Shown piece by piece: positions 42,901-57,420 of a stretch of 64,000 nucleotides of DNA. The position numbers and the translations under genes are program-made. The notes beneath the pieces are model-generated. The model did not search any database. It worked only from the letters and a program-made list of their open reading frames with translations, and was not told where the DNA came from. This stretch comes from Eledone cirrhosa (lineage: Eukaryota): contig OZ024744.1 in NCBI GenBank assembly GCA_964016885.1, positions 132,990,001-133,054,000 on the forward strand. The letters run 5' to 3'. Position 1 is the stretch's first letter, and every line of letters starts with the position of its first letter.

Positions 42901-43990
42901 CTCAGCCCCAACTTAACTTAGCCCCAACTTAACTTAACCCCAACTTAACTTAACCCCAACTTAACTTAACCCCAACTTAACTTAACCCCAACTTAACTTA
43001 AACCCAACTTAACTTAACCCCAACTTAAATTATCCCCAACTTAACTTATCCTCAACTTAACTTAACCCCAACTTAACTTAACCCCAACTTAACTTAACCC
43101 CAACTTAATTTAACCCCAACTTAACTTAACCTCAACTTAACTTAACCCCAACTTAACTTAACCCCATCTTAACTTAACCCCAACTTAACTTAACCCCAAC
43201 TTAACTTAACCCCAACTTAAATTAACCCCAACTTAACTTAACCCCAACTTAACTTAACCCCGACTTAACTTAACCCCAACTTAACTTAACCCCAACTTAA
43301 CTTAACCCCAACTTAACTTAACCACAAATTAACTTAACCCCAACTTAACTTAACCCCAACTTAACTTAACCCCAACTTAACTTAACCCCAACTTAACTTA
43401 ACCCCAACTTAACTTAACCCTAACTTAACTTAACCCCAACTTAACCCCGACTTAACTTGACCCCAACTTAACTTAACCCCAACTTAACTCAACCCCAACT
43501 TAACTTAACCCCAACTTAACTCAGCCCCAACTTAACTCAGCCCCAACTTAACTTAGCCACAACTTAACTTAACACCAACTTAACTTAACCCCAACTTAAC
43601 TTAACCCCAACTTAACTCAATCCCAACTTAAATTAACCCCATCTTAACTTAACCCCAACTTAACTTAACCCCAACTTAATTAACCCCAACTTAAATTAAC
43701 CCCAACTTAACTTAACACCAACTTAACGTAACCCCAACTTAAATAAACCCCAACTTAAATTAACCCCAACTTAACTTAACCCCAACTTAACTTAACCCCA
43801 ACTTAACTCAGCCCCAACTTAACTTAGCCTCAACTTAACTTAACCCCAACTTAACTTAACCCCAACTTAACTTATCCCCAACTTAACTTAACCCCAACTT
43901 AATTTAAACCCAACTTAACTTAACCCCAACTTAAATTATCCCCAACTTAACTTATCCCCAACTTAACTTAACCCCAACTTAACTTAACCC
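37000..43990 (+). repeat. Duplicated ~3 kb block at offset about 4.04 kb (approx. 37000-39970 and 41050-43990) separated by a rearranged ~1.1 kb segment
   Basis: AACGCC G at 37994/42035 (offset 4041), each followed by AAATCAACCCC. Both copies lack the CAAAACC monomer after AACCGCACC-AACTGC that other copies have. Confidence 0.7.
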
Positions 43991-45961
43991 CAACTTAACT
44001 TAACCCCAACTTAATTTAACCCCAACTTAACTTAACCCCAACTTAACTTAACCACAAATTAACTTAACCCCAACTTAACTTAACCCCAACTTAACTTAAC
44101 CCCAACTTAACTTAACCCCAACTTAACTTAACCCCAACTTAACTTAAACCTAACTTAACTTAACCCCAACTTAACCCCAACTTAACTTGACCCCAACTTA
44201 ACTTAACCCCAACTTAACTCAACCCCAACTTAACTTAACCCCAACTTAACTCAGCCCCAACTTAACTCAGCCCCAACTTAACTTAGCCCCAACTTAACTT
44301 AACCCCAACTTAACCTATCCCCAACTTAACTGAACCCCAACTTAACTTAACCCCAACTTAATATAACCCCAACTTAACTTAACCCCAACTTAACTCAACC
44401 CCAACTTAAATTAACCCCAACTTAACTTAACCCCAACTTAACTTAACCCCAACTTAATTAACCCCAACTTAAATTAACCCCAACTTAACTTAACACCAAC
44501 TTAACGTAACCCCAACTTAATTTAACCCCAACTTAAATTAACCCCAACTTAACTTGCCCCCAACTTAACTTACCCCCAACTTAACTTAACCCCAACTTAA
44601 TTTAACCCCAACTTAATTTAAGCCCAAATTAACTTAAACCCAACTTAAATTAACCCCAACTTAACTTAACCCCAAATTAACTCAACCCCAACTTAACTCA
44701 ACCCCAACTTTCCTTAACCCCAAATTAACTTAACCACAAATTAACTTAGCCCCAACTTAAATTAACCCCAACTTAACTCAACCACAACTTAACTTAACCC
44801 CGACTTAACTTAACCCCAACTTAACTCAACACCAACTTAACTCAACCCCAACTTAACTCAACCCCAATTTAACTCAACCCCAACTTAACTCAACCCCAAC
44901 TTAACTTAACCCCAACTTAACTGAACCCTAACTTAACTTAACCCCGACTTAACTTAACCCCGACTTAACTTAACCCCAACTTAACTTAACCCCAACTTAA
45001 CTTAACCCCAACTTAACTTAACCCCAACTTAATTTAACCCCATCTTAACCCCAACTTAACTTAACCCCAACTTAACTGAACCCCAACTTAACTTAACCCC
45101 AACTTATATAAACCCCAACTTAACTTAACCCCAACTTAACTTAACCCCAACTTAACTTAACCCCAACTTAACTCAGCCCCAACTTAACTTAGCCCCAACT
45201 TAACTTAACCCCAACTTAACTTAACCCCAACTTAACTTAACCCCAACTTAATTTAACCCCAACTTAACTTAACCCCAACTTAACTTAAACCCAACTTAAC
45301 TTAACCCCAACTTAAATTATCCCCAACTTAACTTATCCCCAACTTAACTTAACCCCAACTTAACTTAACCCCAACTTAATTTAACCCCAACTTAACTTAA
45401 CCTCAACTTAACTTAACCCCAACTTAACTTAACCCCATCTTAACTTAACCCCAACTTAACTTAACCCCAACTTAACTTAACCCCAACTTAAATTAACCCC
45501 AACTTAACTTAACCCCAACTTAACTTAACCCCGACTTAACTTAACCCCAACTTAACTTAACCCCAACTTAACTTAACCACAAATTAACTTAACCCCAACT
45601 TAACTTAACCCCAACTTAACTTAACCCCAACGTAACCCCAACTTAACTTGACCCCAACTTAACTTAACCCCAACTTAACTCAACCCCAACTTAACTTAAC
45701 CCCAACTTAACTCAGCCCCAACTTAACTCAGCCCCAACTTAACTTAGCCCCAACTTAACTCAACACCAACTTAACTTAACCCCACCTTAACTTAACCCCA
45801 ACTTAACTTAACCCCAACTTAACTTATCCCCAACTTAACTGAACCCCAACTTAACTTAACCCCAACTTAATATAACCCCAAATTAACTTAACCCCAACTT
45901 AACTCAACCCCAACTTAAATTAACCCCAACTTAACTTAACCCCAACTTAACTTAACCCCAA

Positions 45962-47050
45962 CTTAATTAACCCCAACTTAAATTAACCCCAACTTAACTT
46001 AACACCAACTTAACGTAACCCCAACTTAATTTAACCCCAACTTAAATTAACCCCAACTTAACTTGCCCCCAAATTAATTTACCCCCAACTTAACTTAACC
46101 CCAACTTAATTTAACCCCAACTTAATTTAACCCCAACTTAACTTAAACCCAACTTAACTTAACCCCAACTTAACTTAACCCCAAATTAACTCAACCCCAA
46201 CTTAACTCAACCCCAACTTAACTTAACCCCAACTTAACTTAACCCCAACTTAACTTAACCACAAATTAACTTAGCCCCAACTTAAATTAACCCCAACTTA
46301 AATCAACCACAACTTAACTTAACCCCGACTAAACTTAACCCCAACTTAACTTAACCCCAACTTCACTCAACCCCAACTTAACTCAACCCCAACTTAACCC
46401 CAACTTAACTTAACCCCAACTTAACTTAACCACAAAGTTAACTTAACCCCAATTTAAATTAACCCCAACTTAACTTAACCCCAACTTAACATAACCACCA
46501 CTTAATTAACCCCAACTTAAATTAACCCCAACTTAACTTAACACCAACTTAACGTAACCCCAACTTAATTTAACCCCAACTTAAATTAACCCCAACTTAA
46601 CTTGCCCCCAAATTAACTTACCCCCAACTTAACTTAACCCCAACTTAATTTAACCCCAACTTAATTTAACCCCAACTTAACTTAAACCCAACTTAACTTA
46701 ACCCCAACTTAACTTAACCCCAAATTAACTCAACCCCAACTTAACTCAACCCCAACTTAACTTAACCCCAACTTAACTTAACCCCAACTTAACTTAACCA
46801 CAAATTAACTTAGCCCCAACTTAAATTAACCCCAACTTAAATCAACCACAACTTAACTTAACCCCGACTAAACTTAACCCCAACTTAACTTAACCCCAAC
46901 TTCACTCAACCCCAACTTAACTCAACCCCAACTTAACCCCAACTTAACTTAACCCCAACTTAACTTAACCACAAAGTTAACTTAACCCCAATTTAAATTA
47001 ACCCCAACTTAACTTAACCCCAACTTAACATAACCACCACTTAATTAACC
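45962..47050 (+). repeat. Nested tandem duplication, unit 539 bp, upstream of island 2
   Basis: CACAAAGTT G at 46437/46976. GACTAAACTT, AACTTCACTC and AACATAACCACCAC are also doubled. Confidence 0.85.
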
Positions 47051-47229
47051 CCAACTTAACTCAACCCCAACTTAACTTAACCCTAACTTAACTTAACCCC
47101 AACTTAACCGCAACTTAACTTAACCCCACCTTAACTTACCCCCAACTTAACTTACCCCCAACTTAACTGAACCCCAACTTAAGTTAAGCCTAACTTAACT
47201 TAACGCCAACTTAACTTAACCCCGACTTA

Positions 47230-47402
47230 GGGCTTAAGTTAAGTTGGGGCTAAGTTAAGTTGGGGTTAAGTCAAGTTGGAAGTTGGGGTTGAGTGAAGTT
47301 GGGGTTAAGTTAAGTTGGGGTTGAGTGAAGTTGGGGTTAAGTTAAGTTGGGGTTGAGTTACGTTGGGGTTGAGTGAAGTTGGGGTTAAGTTAAGTTGGGG
47401 TT
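47230..47402 (-). repeat. Inverted satellite island 2 (173 bp, same sequence as island 1)
   Basis: Same G-rich string, same GACTTA|GGGCTT left junction and GGGGTT|AACCCC right junction; offset 31026 from island 1. Confidence 0.97.
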
Positions 47403-47429
47403 AACCCCAACTTAACTTAACCCCAACTT
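47376..47429. repeat. Perfect 54-bp spacer-less palindrome at right junction of island 2
   Basis: Same sequence as at 16350; centre 47402/47403. Confidence 0.93.
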
Positions 47430-50400
47430 AACTTAACCCCAACTTAACTTAACCCCAACTTAACTTAACCCCAACATAACTTAACCCCAACTTAAATTAA
47501 CCCCAACTTAACTTAAACTCAACTTAACTAACCAACTTAACTTAACCCCAACTTAACTTAACCCCAACTTAACTTAACCCCAACTTAACTTAAACCCAAC
47601 TTAACTTAACCCCAACTTAACTTAACCCCAACTTAACTTAACCCCGACTTAACTTAACCCCAACTTAAATTAACCCCAACTTAACTTAACCCCGACTTAA
47701 CTTAACCCCAACTTAACTTAACCCCAACTTAACTTAGCCCCAACTTAACTTAGCCCCAACTTAACTTAGCCCCAACTTAACTTAACCCCAACTTAACTTA
47801 ACCGCACCTTAACTTAACCCCAACTTAACTTAACCCCAACTTAACTCAACACCAACTTAACTCAACCCCAACTTAACTCAACCCCAATTTAACTCAACCC
47901 CAACTTAACTCAACCCCAACTTAACTTAACCCCAACTTAACTGAACCCTAACTTAACTTAACCCCGACTTAAATTAAGCCCAACTTAACTTAACCCCAAC
48001 TTAACTCAGCCCCAACTTAACTTAGCCCCAACTTAACTTAACCCCAACTTAACTTAACCCCAACTTAACTTAACCCCAACTTAACTTAACCCCAACTTAA
48101 CTTAACCCCAACTTAACTTAAACCCAACTTAACTTAACCCCAACTTAAATTATCCCCAACTTAACTTATCCCCAACTTAACTTAACCCCAACTTGACTTA
48201 ACCCCAACTTAACTTAACCCCAACTTAATTTAACCCCAACTTAACTTAACCCCAACTTAATTCAACCCCAACTTAACTTAACCACAAATTAACTTAACCC
48301 CAACTTAACTTAACCCCAACTTAACTTAAGCCCAACTTAACTTAACCCCAACTTAACCCCAACTTAACTTAAACCTAACTTAACTTAACCCCAACTTAAC
48401 CCCAACTTAACTTGACCCCAACTTAACTTAACCCCAACTTAAATTAACCCCAACTTAACTTAACCCCAACTTAACTTAACCCCGACTTAACTTAACCCCA
48501 ACTTAACTTAACCCCAACTTACCTTAACCCCAACTTAACTTAACCAGAAATTAACTTAACCACAACTTAACTTAACCCCGACTTAACTTAACCCCAACTT
48601 AACTTAACCCCAACTTAACTTAGCCCCAACTTAACTTAGCCCCAACTTAACTTAGCCCCAACTTAACTTAACCCCAACTTAACTTAACCGCACCTTAACT
48701 TAACCTCAACTTAACTTAACTGCAACTTAACTTAACCCCAACTTAACTTAACCCCAACTTAACTCAAAACCAACTTAACTCAACCCCAACTTAACTCAAC
48801 CCCAATTTAACTCAACCCCAACTTAACTCAACCCCAACTTAACTTAACCCCAACTTAACTGAACCCTAACTTAACTTAACCCCGACTTAACTTAACCCCG
48901 ACTTAACTTAACCCCAACTTAACTTAACCCCAACTTAACTTAACCCCAACTTAACTTAACCCCAACTTAATTTAACCCCATCTTAACCCCAACTTATCTT
49001 AACCCCAACTTAACTGAACCCCAACTTAATTTAACCCCAACTTAAATAAACCCCAACTTAACTTAACCCCAACTTAACTTAACCCCAGCTTAACTTAACC
49101 CCAACTTAACTCAGCCCCAACTTAACTTAGCCCCAACTTAACTTAACCCCAACTTAACTTAACCCCAACTTAACTTAACCCCAACTTAACTTAACCCCAA
49201 CTTAACTTAACCCCAACTTAACTTAAACCCAACTTAACTTAACCCCAACTTAAATTATCCCCAACTTAACTTATCCTCAACTTAACTTAACCCCAACTTA
49301 ACTTAACCCCAACTTAACTTAACCCCAACTTAATTTAACCCCAACTTAACTTAACCTCAACTTAACTTAACCCCAACTTAACTTAACCCCATCTTAACTT
49401 AACCCCAACTTAAATTAACCCCAACTTAACTTAACCCCAACTTAAATTAACCCCAACTTAACTTAACTCCAACTTAACTGAACCCCGACTTAACTTAACC
49501 CCAACTTAACTTAACCCCAACTTAACTTAACCCCAATTTAACTTAACCACAAATTAACTTAACCCCAACTTAACTTAACCCCAACTTAACTTAACCCCAA
49601 CTTAACTTAACCCCAACTTAACTTAACCCCGACTTAACTTAACCCTAACTTAACTTAACCCCAACTTAACCCCGACTTAACTTGACCCCAACTTAACTTA
49701 ACCCCAACTTAACTCAACCCCAACTTAACTTAACCCCAACTTAACTCAGCCCCAACTTAACTCAGCCCCAACTTAACTTAGCCACAACTTAACTTAACAC
49801 CAACTTAACTTAACCCCAACTTAACTTAACCCCAACTTAACTCAATCCCAACTTAAATTAACCCCATCTTAACTTAACCCCAACTTAACTTAACCCCAAC
49901 TTAATTAACCCCAACTTAAATTAACCCCAACTTAACTTAACACCAACTTAACGTAACCCCAACTTAAATAAACCCCAACTTAAATTAACCCCAACTTAAC
50001 TTAACCCCAACTTAACTTAACCCCAACTTAACTCAGCCCCAACTTAACTTAGCCTCAACTTAACTTAACCCCAACTTAACTTAACCCCAACTTAACTTAT
50101 CCCCAACTTAACTTAACCCCAACTTAACTTAAACCCAACTTAACTTAACCCCAACTTAAATTATCCCCAACTTAACTTATCCCCAACTTAACTTAACCCC
50201 AACTTAACTTAACCCCAACTTAACTTAACCCCAACTTAATTTAACCCCAACTTAACTTAACCCCAACTTAACTTAACCCCAACTTAACTTAACCACAAAT
50301 TAACTTAACCCCAACTTAACTTAACCCCAACTTAACTTAACCCCAACTTAACTTAACCCCAACTTAACTTAACCCCAACTTAACTTAAACCTAACTTAAC

Positions 50401-53400
50401 TTAACCCCAACTTAACCCCAACTTAACTTGACCCCAACTTAACTTAACCCCAACTTAACTCAACCCCAACTTAACTTAACCCCAACTTAACTCAGCCCCA
50501 ACTTAACTCAGCCCCAACTTAACTTAGCCCCAACTTAACTTAACCCCAACTTAACTTATCCCCAACTTAACTGAACCCCAACTTAACTTAACCCCAACTT
50601 AATATAACCCCAACTTAACTTAACCCCAACTTAACTCAACCGCAACTTAAATTAACCCCATCTTAACTTAACCCCAACTTAACTTAACCCCAACTTAATT
50701 AACCCCAACTTAAATTAACCCCAACTTAACTTAACACCAACTTAACGTAACCCCAACTTAAATAAACCCCAACTTAAATTAATCCCAACTTAACTTAACC
50801 CCAACTTAACTTAACCCCAACTTAACTCAGCGCCAACTTAACTTAGCCACAACTTAACTTAACACCAACTTAACTTAACCCCAACTTAACTTAACCCCAA
50901 CTTAACTTAACCCCAACTTAACTTATCCCCAACTTAACTGAACCCCAACTTAACTTAACCCCAACTTAATATAACCCCAACTTAACTTAACCCCAACTTA
51001 ACTCAACCCCAACTTAAATTAACCCCATCTTAACTTAACCCCAACTTAACTTAACCCCAACTTAATTAACCCCAACTTAAATTAACCCCAACTTAACTTA
51101 ACACCAACTTAACGTAACCCCAACTTAAATAAACCCCAACTTAAATTAACCCCAACTTAACTTAACCCCAACTTAACTTAACCCCGACTTAACTTAACCC
51201 CAACTTAACTTAAGCCCAACTTAACTTAACCCCAACTTAACTTAACCACAAATTAACTTAACCCCAACTTAACTTAACCCCAACTTAACTTAACCCCAAC
51301 TTAACTTAACCCCAACTTAACTTAAACCTAACTTAACTTAACCCCAACTTAACCCCAACTTAACTTGACCCCAACTTAACTTAACCCCAACTTAAATTAA
51401 CCCCAACTTAACTTAAACCCAACTTAACTTAACCCCGACTTAACTTAACCCCAACTTAACTTAACCCCAACTTAACTTAACCCCAACTTAACTTAACCAC
51501 AAATTAACTTAACCCCAACTTAACTTAACCCCAACTTAATTTAACCCCAACTTAACTTAACCCCAACTTAACTTAACCCCAACTTAACTTAAACCTAACT
51601 TAACTTAACCCCAACTTAACCCCAACTTAACTTGACCCCAACTTAACTTAAGCCCAACTTAACTCAGCCCCAACTTAACTCAGCCCCAACTTAAATTAGC
51701 CCCAACTTAACTTAACCCCAACTTAGCTTAACCCCAACTTAACTTATCCCCAACTTAACTTAACCCCAACTTAACTTAAACCCAACTTAACTTAACCCCA
51801 ACTTAAATTATCCCCAACTTAACTTATCCCCAACTTAACTTAACCCCAACTTAACTTAACCCCAACTTAACTTAACCCCAACTTAATTTAACCCCAACTT
51901 AACTTAACCCCAACTTAACTTAACCACAAATTAACTTAACCCCAACTTAACTTAACCCCAACTTAACTTAACCCCAACTTAACTTAACCCCAACTTAACT
52001 TAACCCCAACTTAACTTAAACCTAACTTAACTTAACCCCAACTTAACCCCAACTTAACTTGACCCCAACTTAACTTAACCCCAACTTAACTCAACCCCAA
52101 CTTAACTTAACCCCAACTTAACTCAGCCCCAACTTAACTCAGCCCCAACTTAACTTAGCCCCAACTTAACTTAACCCCAACTTAACCTATCCCCAACTTA
52201 ACTGAACCCCAACTTAACTTAACCCCAACTTAATATAACCCCAACTTAACTTAACCCCAACTTAACTCAACCCCAACTTAAATTAACCCCAACTTAACTT
52301 AACCCCAACTTAACTTAACCCCAACTTAATTAACCCCAACTTAAATTAACCCCAACTTAACTTAACACCAACTTAACGTAACCCCAACTTAATTTAACCC
52401 CAACTTAAATTAACCCCAACTTAACTTGCCCCCAACTTAACTTACCCCCAACTTAACTTAACCCCAACTTAATTTAACCCCAACTTAATTTAAGCCCAAA
52501 TTAACTTAAACCCAACTTAAATTAACCCCAACTTAACTTAACCCCAAATTAACTCAACCCCAACTTAACTCAACCCCAACTTTACTTAACCCCAAATTAA
52601 CTTAACCACAAATTAACTTAGCCCCAACTTAAATTAACCCCAACTTAACTCAACCACAACTTAACTTAACCCCGACTTAACTTAACCCCACCTTAACTTA
52701 ACCTCAACTTAACTTAACTGCAACTTAACTTAACCCCAACTTAACTTAACCCCAACTTAACTCAACACCAACTTAACTCAACCCCAACTTAACTCAACCC
52801 CAATTTAACTCAACCCCAACTTAACTCAACCCCAACTTAACTTAACCCCAACTTAACTGAACCCTAACTTAACTTAACCCCGACTTAACTTAACCCCGAC
52901 TTAACTTAACCCCAACTTAACTTAACCCCAACTTAACTTAACCCCAACTTAACTTAACCCCAACTTAATTTAACCCCATCTTAACCCCAACTTAACTTAA
53001 CCCCAACTTAACTGAACCCCAACTTAACTTAACCCCAACTTATATAAACCCCAACTTAACTTAACCCCAACTTAACTTAACCCCAACTTAACTTAACCCC
53101 AACTTAACTCAGCCCCAACTTAACTTAGCCCCAACTTAACTTAACCCCAACTTAACTTAACCCCAACTTAACTTAACCCCAACTTAATTTAACCCCAACT
53201 TAACTTAACCCCAACTTAACTTAAACCCAACTTAACTTAACCCCAACTTAAATTATCCCCAACTTAACTTATCCCCAACTTAACTTAACCCCAACTTAAC
53301 TTAACCCCAACTTAATTTAACCCCAACTTAACTTAACCTCAACTTAACTTAACCCCAACTTAACTTAACCCCATCTTAACTTAACCCCAACTTAACTTAA

Positions 53401-53913
53401 CCCCAACTTAACTTAACCCCAACTTAAATTAACCCCAACTTAACTTAACCCCAACTTAACTTAACCCCGACTTAACTTAACCCCAACTTAACTTAACCCC
53501 AACTTAACTTAACCCCAACTTAACTTAACCACAAATTAACTTAACCCCAACTTAACTTAACCCCAACTTAACTTAACCCCAACGTAACCCCAACTTAACT
53601 TGACCCCAACTTAACTTAACCCCAACTTAACTCAACCCCAACTTAACTTAACCCCAACTTAACTCAGCCCCAACTTAACTCAGCCCCAACTTAACTTAGC
53701 CCCAACTTAACTCAACACCAACTTAACTTAACCCCACCTTAACTTAACCCCAACTTAACTTAACCCCAACTTAACTTATCCCCAACTTAACTGAACCCCA
53801 ACTTAACTTAACCCCAACTTAATATAACCCCAAATTAACTTAACCCCAACTTAACTCAACCCCAACTTAAATTAACCCCAACTTAACTTAACCCCAACTT
53901 AACTTAACCCCAA

Positions 53914-55002
53914 CTTAATTAACCCCAACTTAAATTAACCCCAACTTAACTTAACACCAACTTAACGTAACCCCAACTTAATTTAACCCCAACTTAAATT
54001 AACCCCAACTTAACTTGCCCCCAAATTAATTTACCCCCAACTTAACTTAACCCCAACTTAATTTAACCCCAACTTAATTTAACCCCAACTTAACTTAAAC
54101 CCAACTTAACTTAACCCCAACTTAACTTAACCCCAAATTAACTCAACCCCAACTTAACTCAACCCCAACTTAACTTAACCCCAACTTAACTTAACCCCAA
54201 CTTAACTTAACCACAAATTAACTTAGCCCCAACTTAAATTAACCCCAACTTAAATCAACCACAACTTAACTTAACCCCGACTAAACTTAACCCCAACTTA
54301 ACTTAACCCCAACTTCACTCAACCCCAACTTAACTCAACCCCAACTTAACCCCAACTTAACTTAACCCCAACTTAACTTAACCACAAAGTTAACTTAACC
54401 CCAATTTAAATTAACCCCAACTTAACTTAACCCCAACTTAACATAACCACCACTTAATTAACCCCAACTTAAATTAACCCCAACTTAACTTAACACCAAC
54501 TTAACGTAACCCCAACTTAATTTAACCCCAACTTAAATTAACCCCAACTTAACTTGCCCCCAAATTAACTTACCCCCAACTTAACTTAACCCCAACTTAA
54601 TTTAACCCCAACTTAATTTAACCCCAACTTAACTTAAACCCAACTTAACTTAACCCCAACTTAACTTAACCCCAAATTAACTCAACCCCAACTTAACTCA
54701 ACCCCAACTTAACTTAACCCCAACTTAACTTAACCCCAACTTAACTTAACCACAAATTAACTTAGCCCCAACTTAAATTAACCCCAACTTAAATCAACCA
54801 CAACTTAACTTAACCCCGACTAAACTTAACCCCAACTTAACTTAACCCCAACTTCACTCAACCCCAACTTAACTCAACCCCAACTTAACCCCAACTTAAC
54901 TTAACCCCAACTTAACTTAACCACAAAGTTAACTTAACCCCAATTTAAATTAACCCCAACTTAACTTAACCCCAACTTAACATAACCACCACTTAATTAA
55001 CC
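53914..55002 (+). repeat. Nested tandem duplication, unit 539 bp, upstream of island 3
   Basis: CACAAAGTT G at 54389/54928, with the same doubled markers as at 45962-47050. Confidence 0.85.
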
Positions 55003-55181
55003 CCAACTTAACTCAACCCCAACTTAACTTAACCCTAACTTAACTTAACCCCAACTTAACCGCAACTTAACTTAACCCCACCTTAACTTACCCCCAACTT
55101 AACTTACCCCCAACTTAACTGAACCCCAACTTAAGTTAAGCCTAACTTAACTTAACGCCAACTTAACTTAACCCCGACTTA

Positions 55182-55354
55182 GGGCTTAAGTTAAGTTGGG
55201 GCTAAGTTAAGTTGGGGTTAAGTCAAGTTGGAAGTTGGGGTTGAGTGAAGTTGGGGTTAAGTTAAGTTGGGGTTGAGTGAAGTTGGGGTTAAGTTAAGTT
55301 GGGGTTGAGTTACGTTGGGGTTGAGTGAAGTTGGGGTTAAGTTAAGTTGGGGTT
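55182..55354 (-). repeat. Inverted satellite island 3 (173 bp, same sequence as islands 1 and 2)
   Basis: Same string and junctions; offset 7952 from island 2. Confidence 0.97.
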
Positions 55355-55381
55355 AACCCCAACTTAACTTAACCCCAACTT
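55328..55381. repeat. Perfect 54-bp spacer-less palindrome at right junction of island 3
   Basis: Same sequence as at 16350; centre 55354/55355. Confidence 0.93.
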
Positions 55382-55649
55382 AACTTAACCCCAACTTAAC
55401 TTAACCCCAACTTAACTTAACCCCAACATAACTTAACCCCAACTTAAATTAACCCCAACTTAACTTAAACTCAACTTAACTAACCAACTTAACTTAACCC
55501 CAACTTAACTTAACCCCAACTTAACTTAACCCCAACTTAACTTAAACCCAACTTAACTTAACCCCAACTTAACTTAACCCCAACTTAACTTAACCCCGAC
55601 TTAACTTAACCCCAACTTAAATTAACCCCAACTTAACTTAACCCCAACT

Positions 55650-57420
55650 TAACTTAACCCCGACTTAACTTAACCCCAACTTAACTTAACCCCAACTTAA
55701 CTTAGCCCCAACTTAACTTAGCCCCAACTTAACTTAGCCCCAACTTAACTTAACCCCAACTTAACTTAACCGCACCTTAACTTAACCCCAACTTAACTTA
55801 ACCCCAACTTAACTCAACACCAACTTAACTCAACCCCAACTTAACTCAACCCCAATTTAACTCAACCCCAACTTAACTCAACCCCAACTTAACTTAACCC
55901 CAACTTAACTGAACCCTAACTTAACTTAACCCCGACTTAAATTAAGCCCAACTTAACTTAACCCCAACTTAACTCAGCCCCAACTTAACTTAGCCCCAAC
56001 TTAACTTAACCCCAACTTAACTTAACCCCAACTTAACTTAACCCCAACTTAACTTAACCCCAACTTAACTTAACCCCAACTTAACTTAAACCCAACTTAA
56101 CTTAACCCCAACTTAAATTATCCCCAACTTAACTTATCCCCAACTTAACTTAACCCCAACTTGACTTAACCCCAACTTAACTTAACCCCAACTTAATTTA
56201 ACCCCAACTTAACTTAACCCCAACTTAATTCAACCCCAACTTAAATTAACCCCAACTTAACTTAACCCCAACTTAACTTAACCCCGACTTAACTTAACCC
56301 CAACTCAACTTAACCCCAACTTAACTTAACCCTAACTTAACTTAACCACAAATTAACTTAACCCCAACTTAACTTAACCCCAACTTAACTTAAGCCCAAC
56401 TTAACTTAACCCCAACTTAACCCCAACTTAACTTAAACCTAACTTAACTTAACCCCAACTTAACCCCAACTTAACTTGACCCCAACTTAACTTAACCCCA
56501 ACTTAAATTAACCCCAACTTAAATTAACCCCAACTTAACTTAACCCCGACTTAACTTAACCCCAACTTAACTTAACCCCAACTTAACTTAGCCCCAACTT
56601 AACTTAGCCCCAACTTAACTTAGCCCCAACTTAACTTAACCCCAACTTAACTTAACCGCACCTTAACTTAACCCCAACTTAACTTAACCCCAACTTAACT
56701 CAACACCAACTTAACTCAACCCCAACTTAACTCAACCCCAATTTAACTCAACCCCAACTTAACTCAACCCCAACTTAACTTAACCCCAACTTAACTGAAC
56801 CCTAACTTAACTTAACCCCGACTTAAATTAAGCCCAACTTAACTTAACCCCAACTTAACTCAGCCCCAACTTAACTTAGCCCCAACTTAACTTAACCCCA
56901 ACTTAACTTAACCCCAACTTAACTTAACCCCAACTTAACTTAACCCCAACTTAACTTAACCCCAACTTAACTTAAACCCAACTTAACTTAACCCCAACTT
57001 AAATTATCCCCAACTTAACTTATCCCCAACTTAACTTAACCCCAACTTGACTTAACCCCAACTTAACTTAACCCCAACTTAATTTAACCCCAACTTAACT
57101 TAACCCCAACTTAATTCAACCCCAACTTAAATTAACCCCAACTTAACTTAACCCCAACTTAACTTAACCCCGACTTAACTTAACCCCAACTCAACTTAAC
57201 CCCAACTTAACTTAACCCTAACTTAACTTAACCACAAATTAACTTAACCCCAACTTAACTTAACCCCAACTTAACTTAAGCCCAACTTAACTTAACCCCA
57301 ACTTAACCCCAACTTAACTTAAACCTAACTTAACTTAACCCCAACTTAACCCCAACTTAACTTGACCCCAACTTAACTTAACCCCAACTTAAATTAACCC
57401 CAACTTAACTTAACGCCAAC
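55650..57420 (+). repeat. Nested tandem duplication, unit 886 bp, downstream of island 3 only
   Basis: AACTTGACTT G at 56163/57049 and AACCCT T at 56333/57219, both offset 886. Confidence 0.83.

Noticed and set aside
47230-47402. Islands as fold-back or chimeric read artefacts
   Set aside because: Three copies share identical junctions but sit in distinguishable flanks, and the island is not a mirror of adjacent sequence. Both argue for real genomic structure, though read support is still needed.
47230-55182. Island spacing of 7952 = 497 x 16 as meaningful phasing
   Set aside because: The interval contains many 11-, 13-, 15- and 17-bp units, and the other spacing (31026) is not a multiple of 16, so this is probably coincidence.
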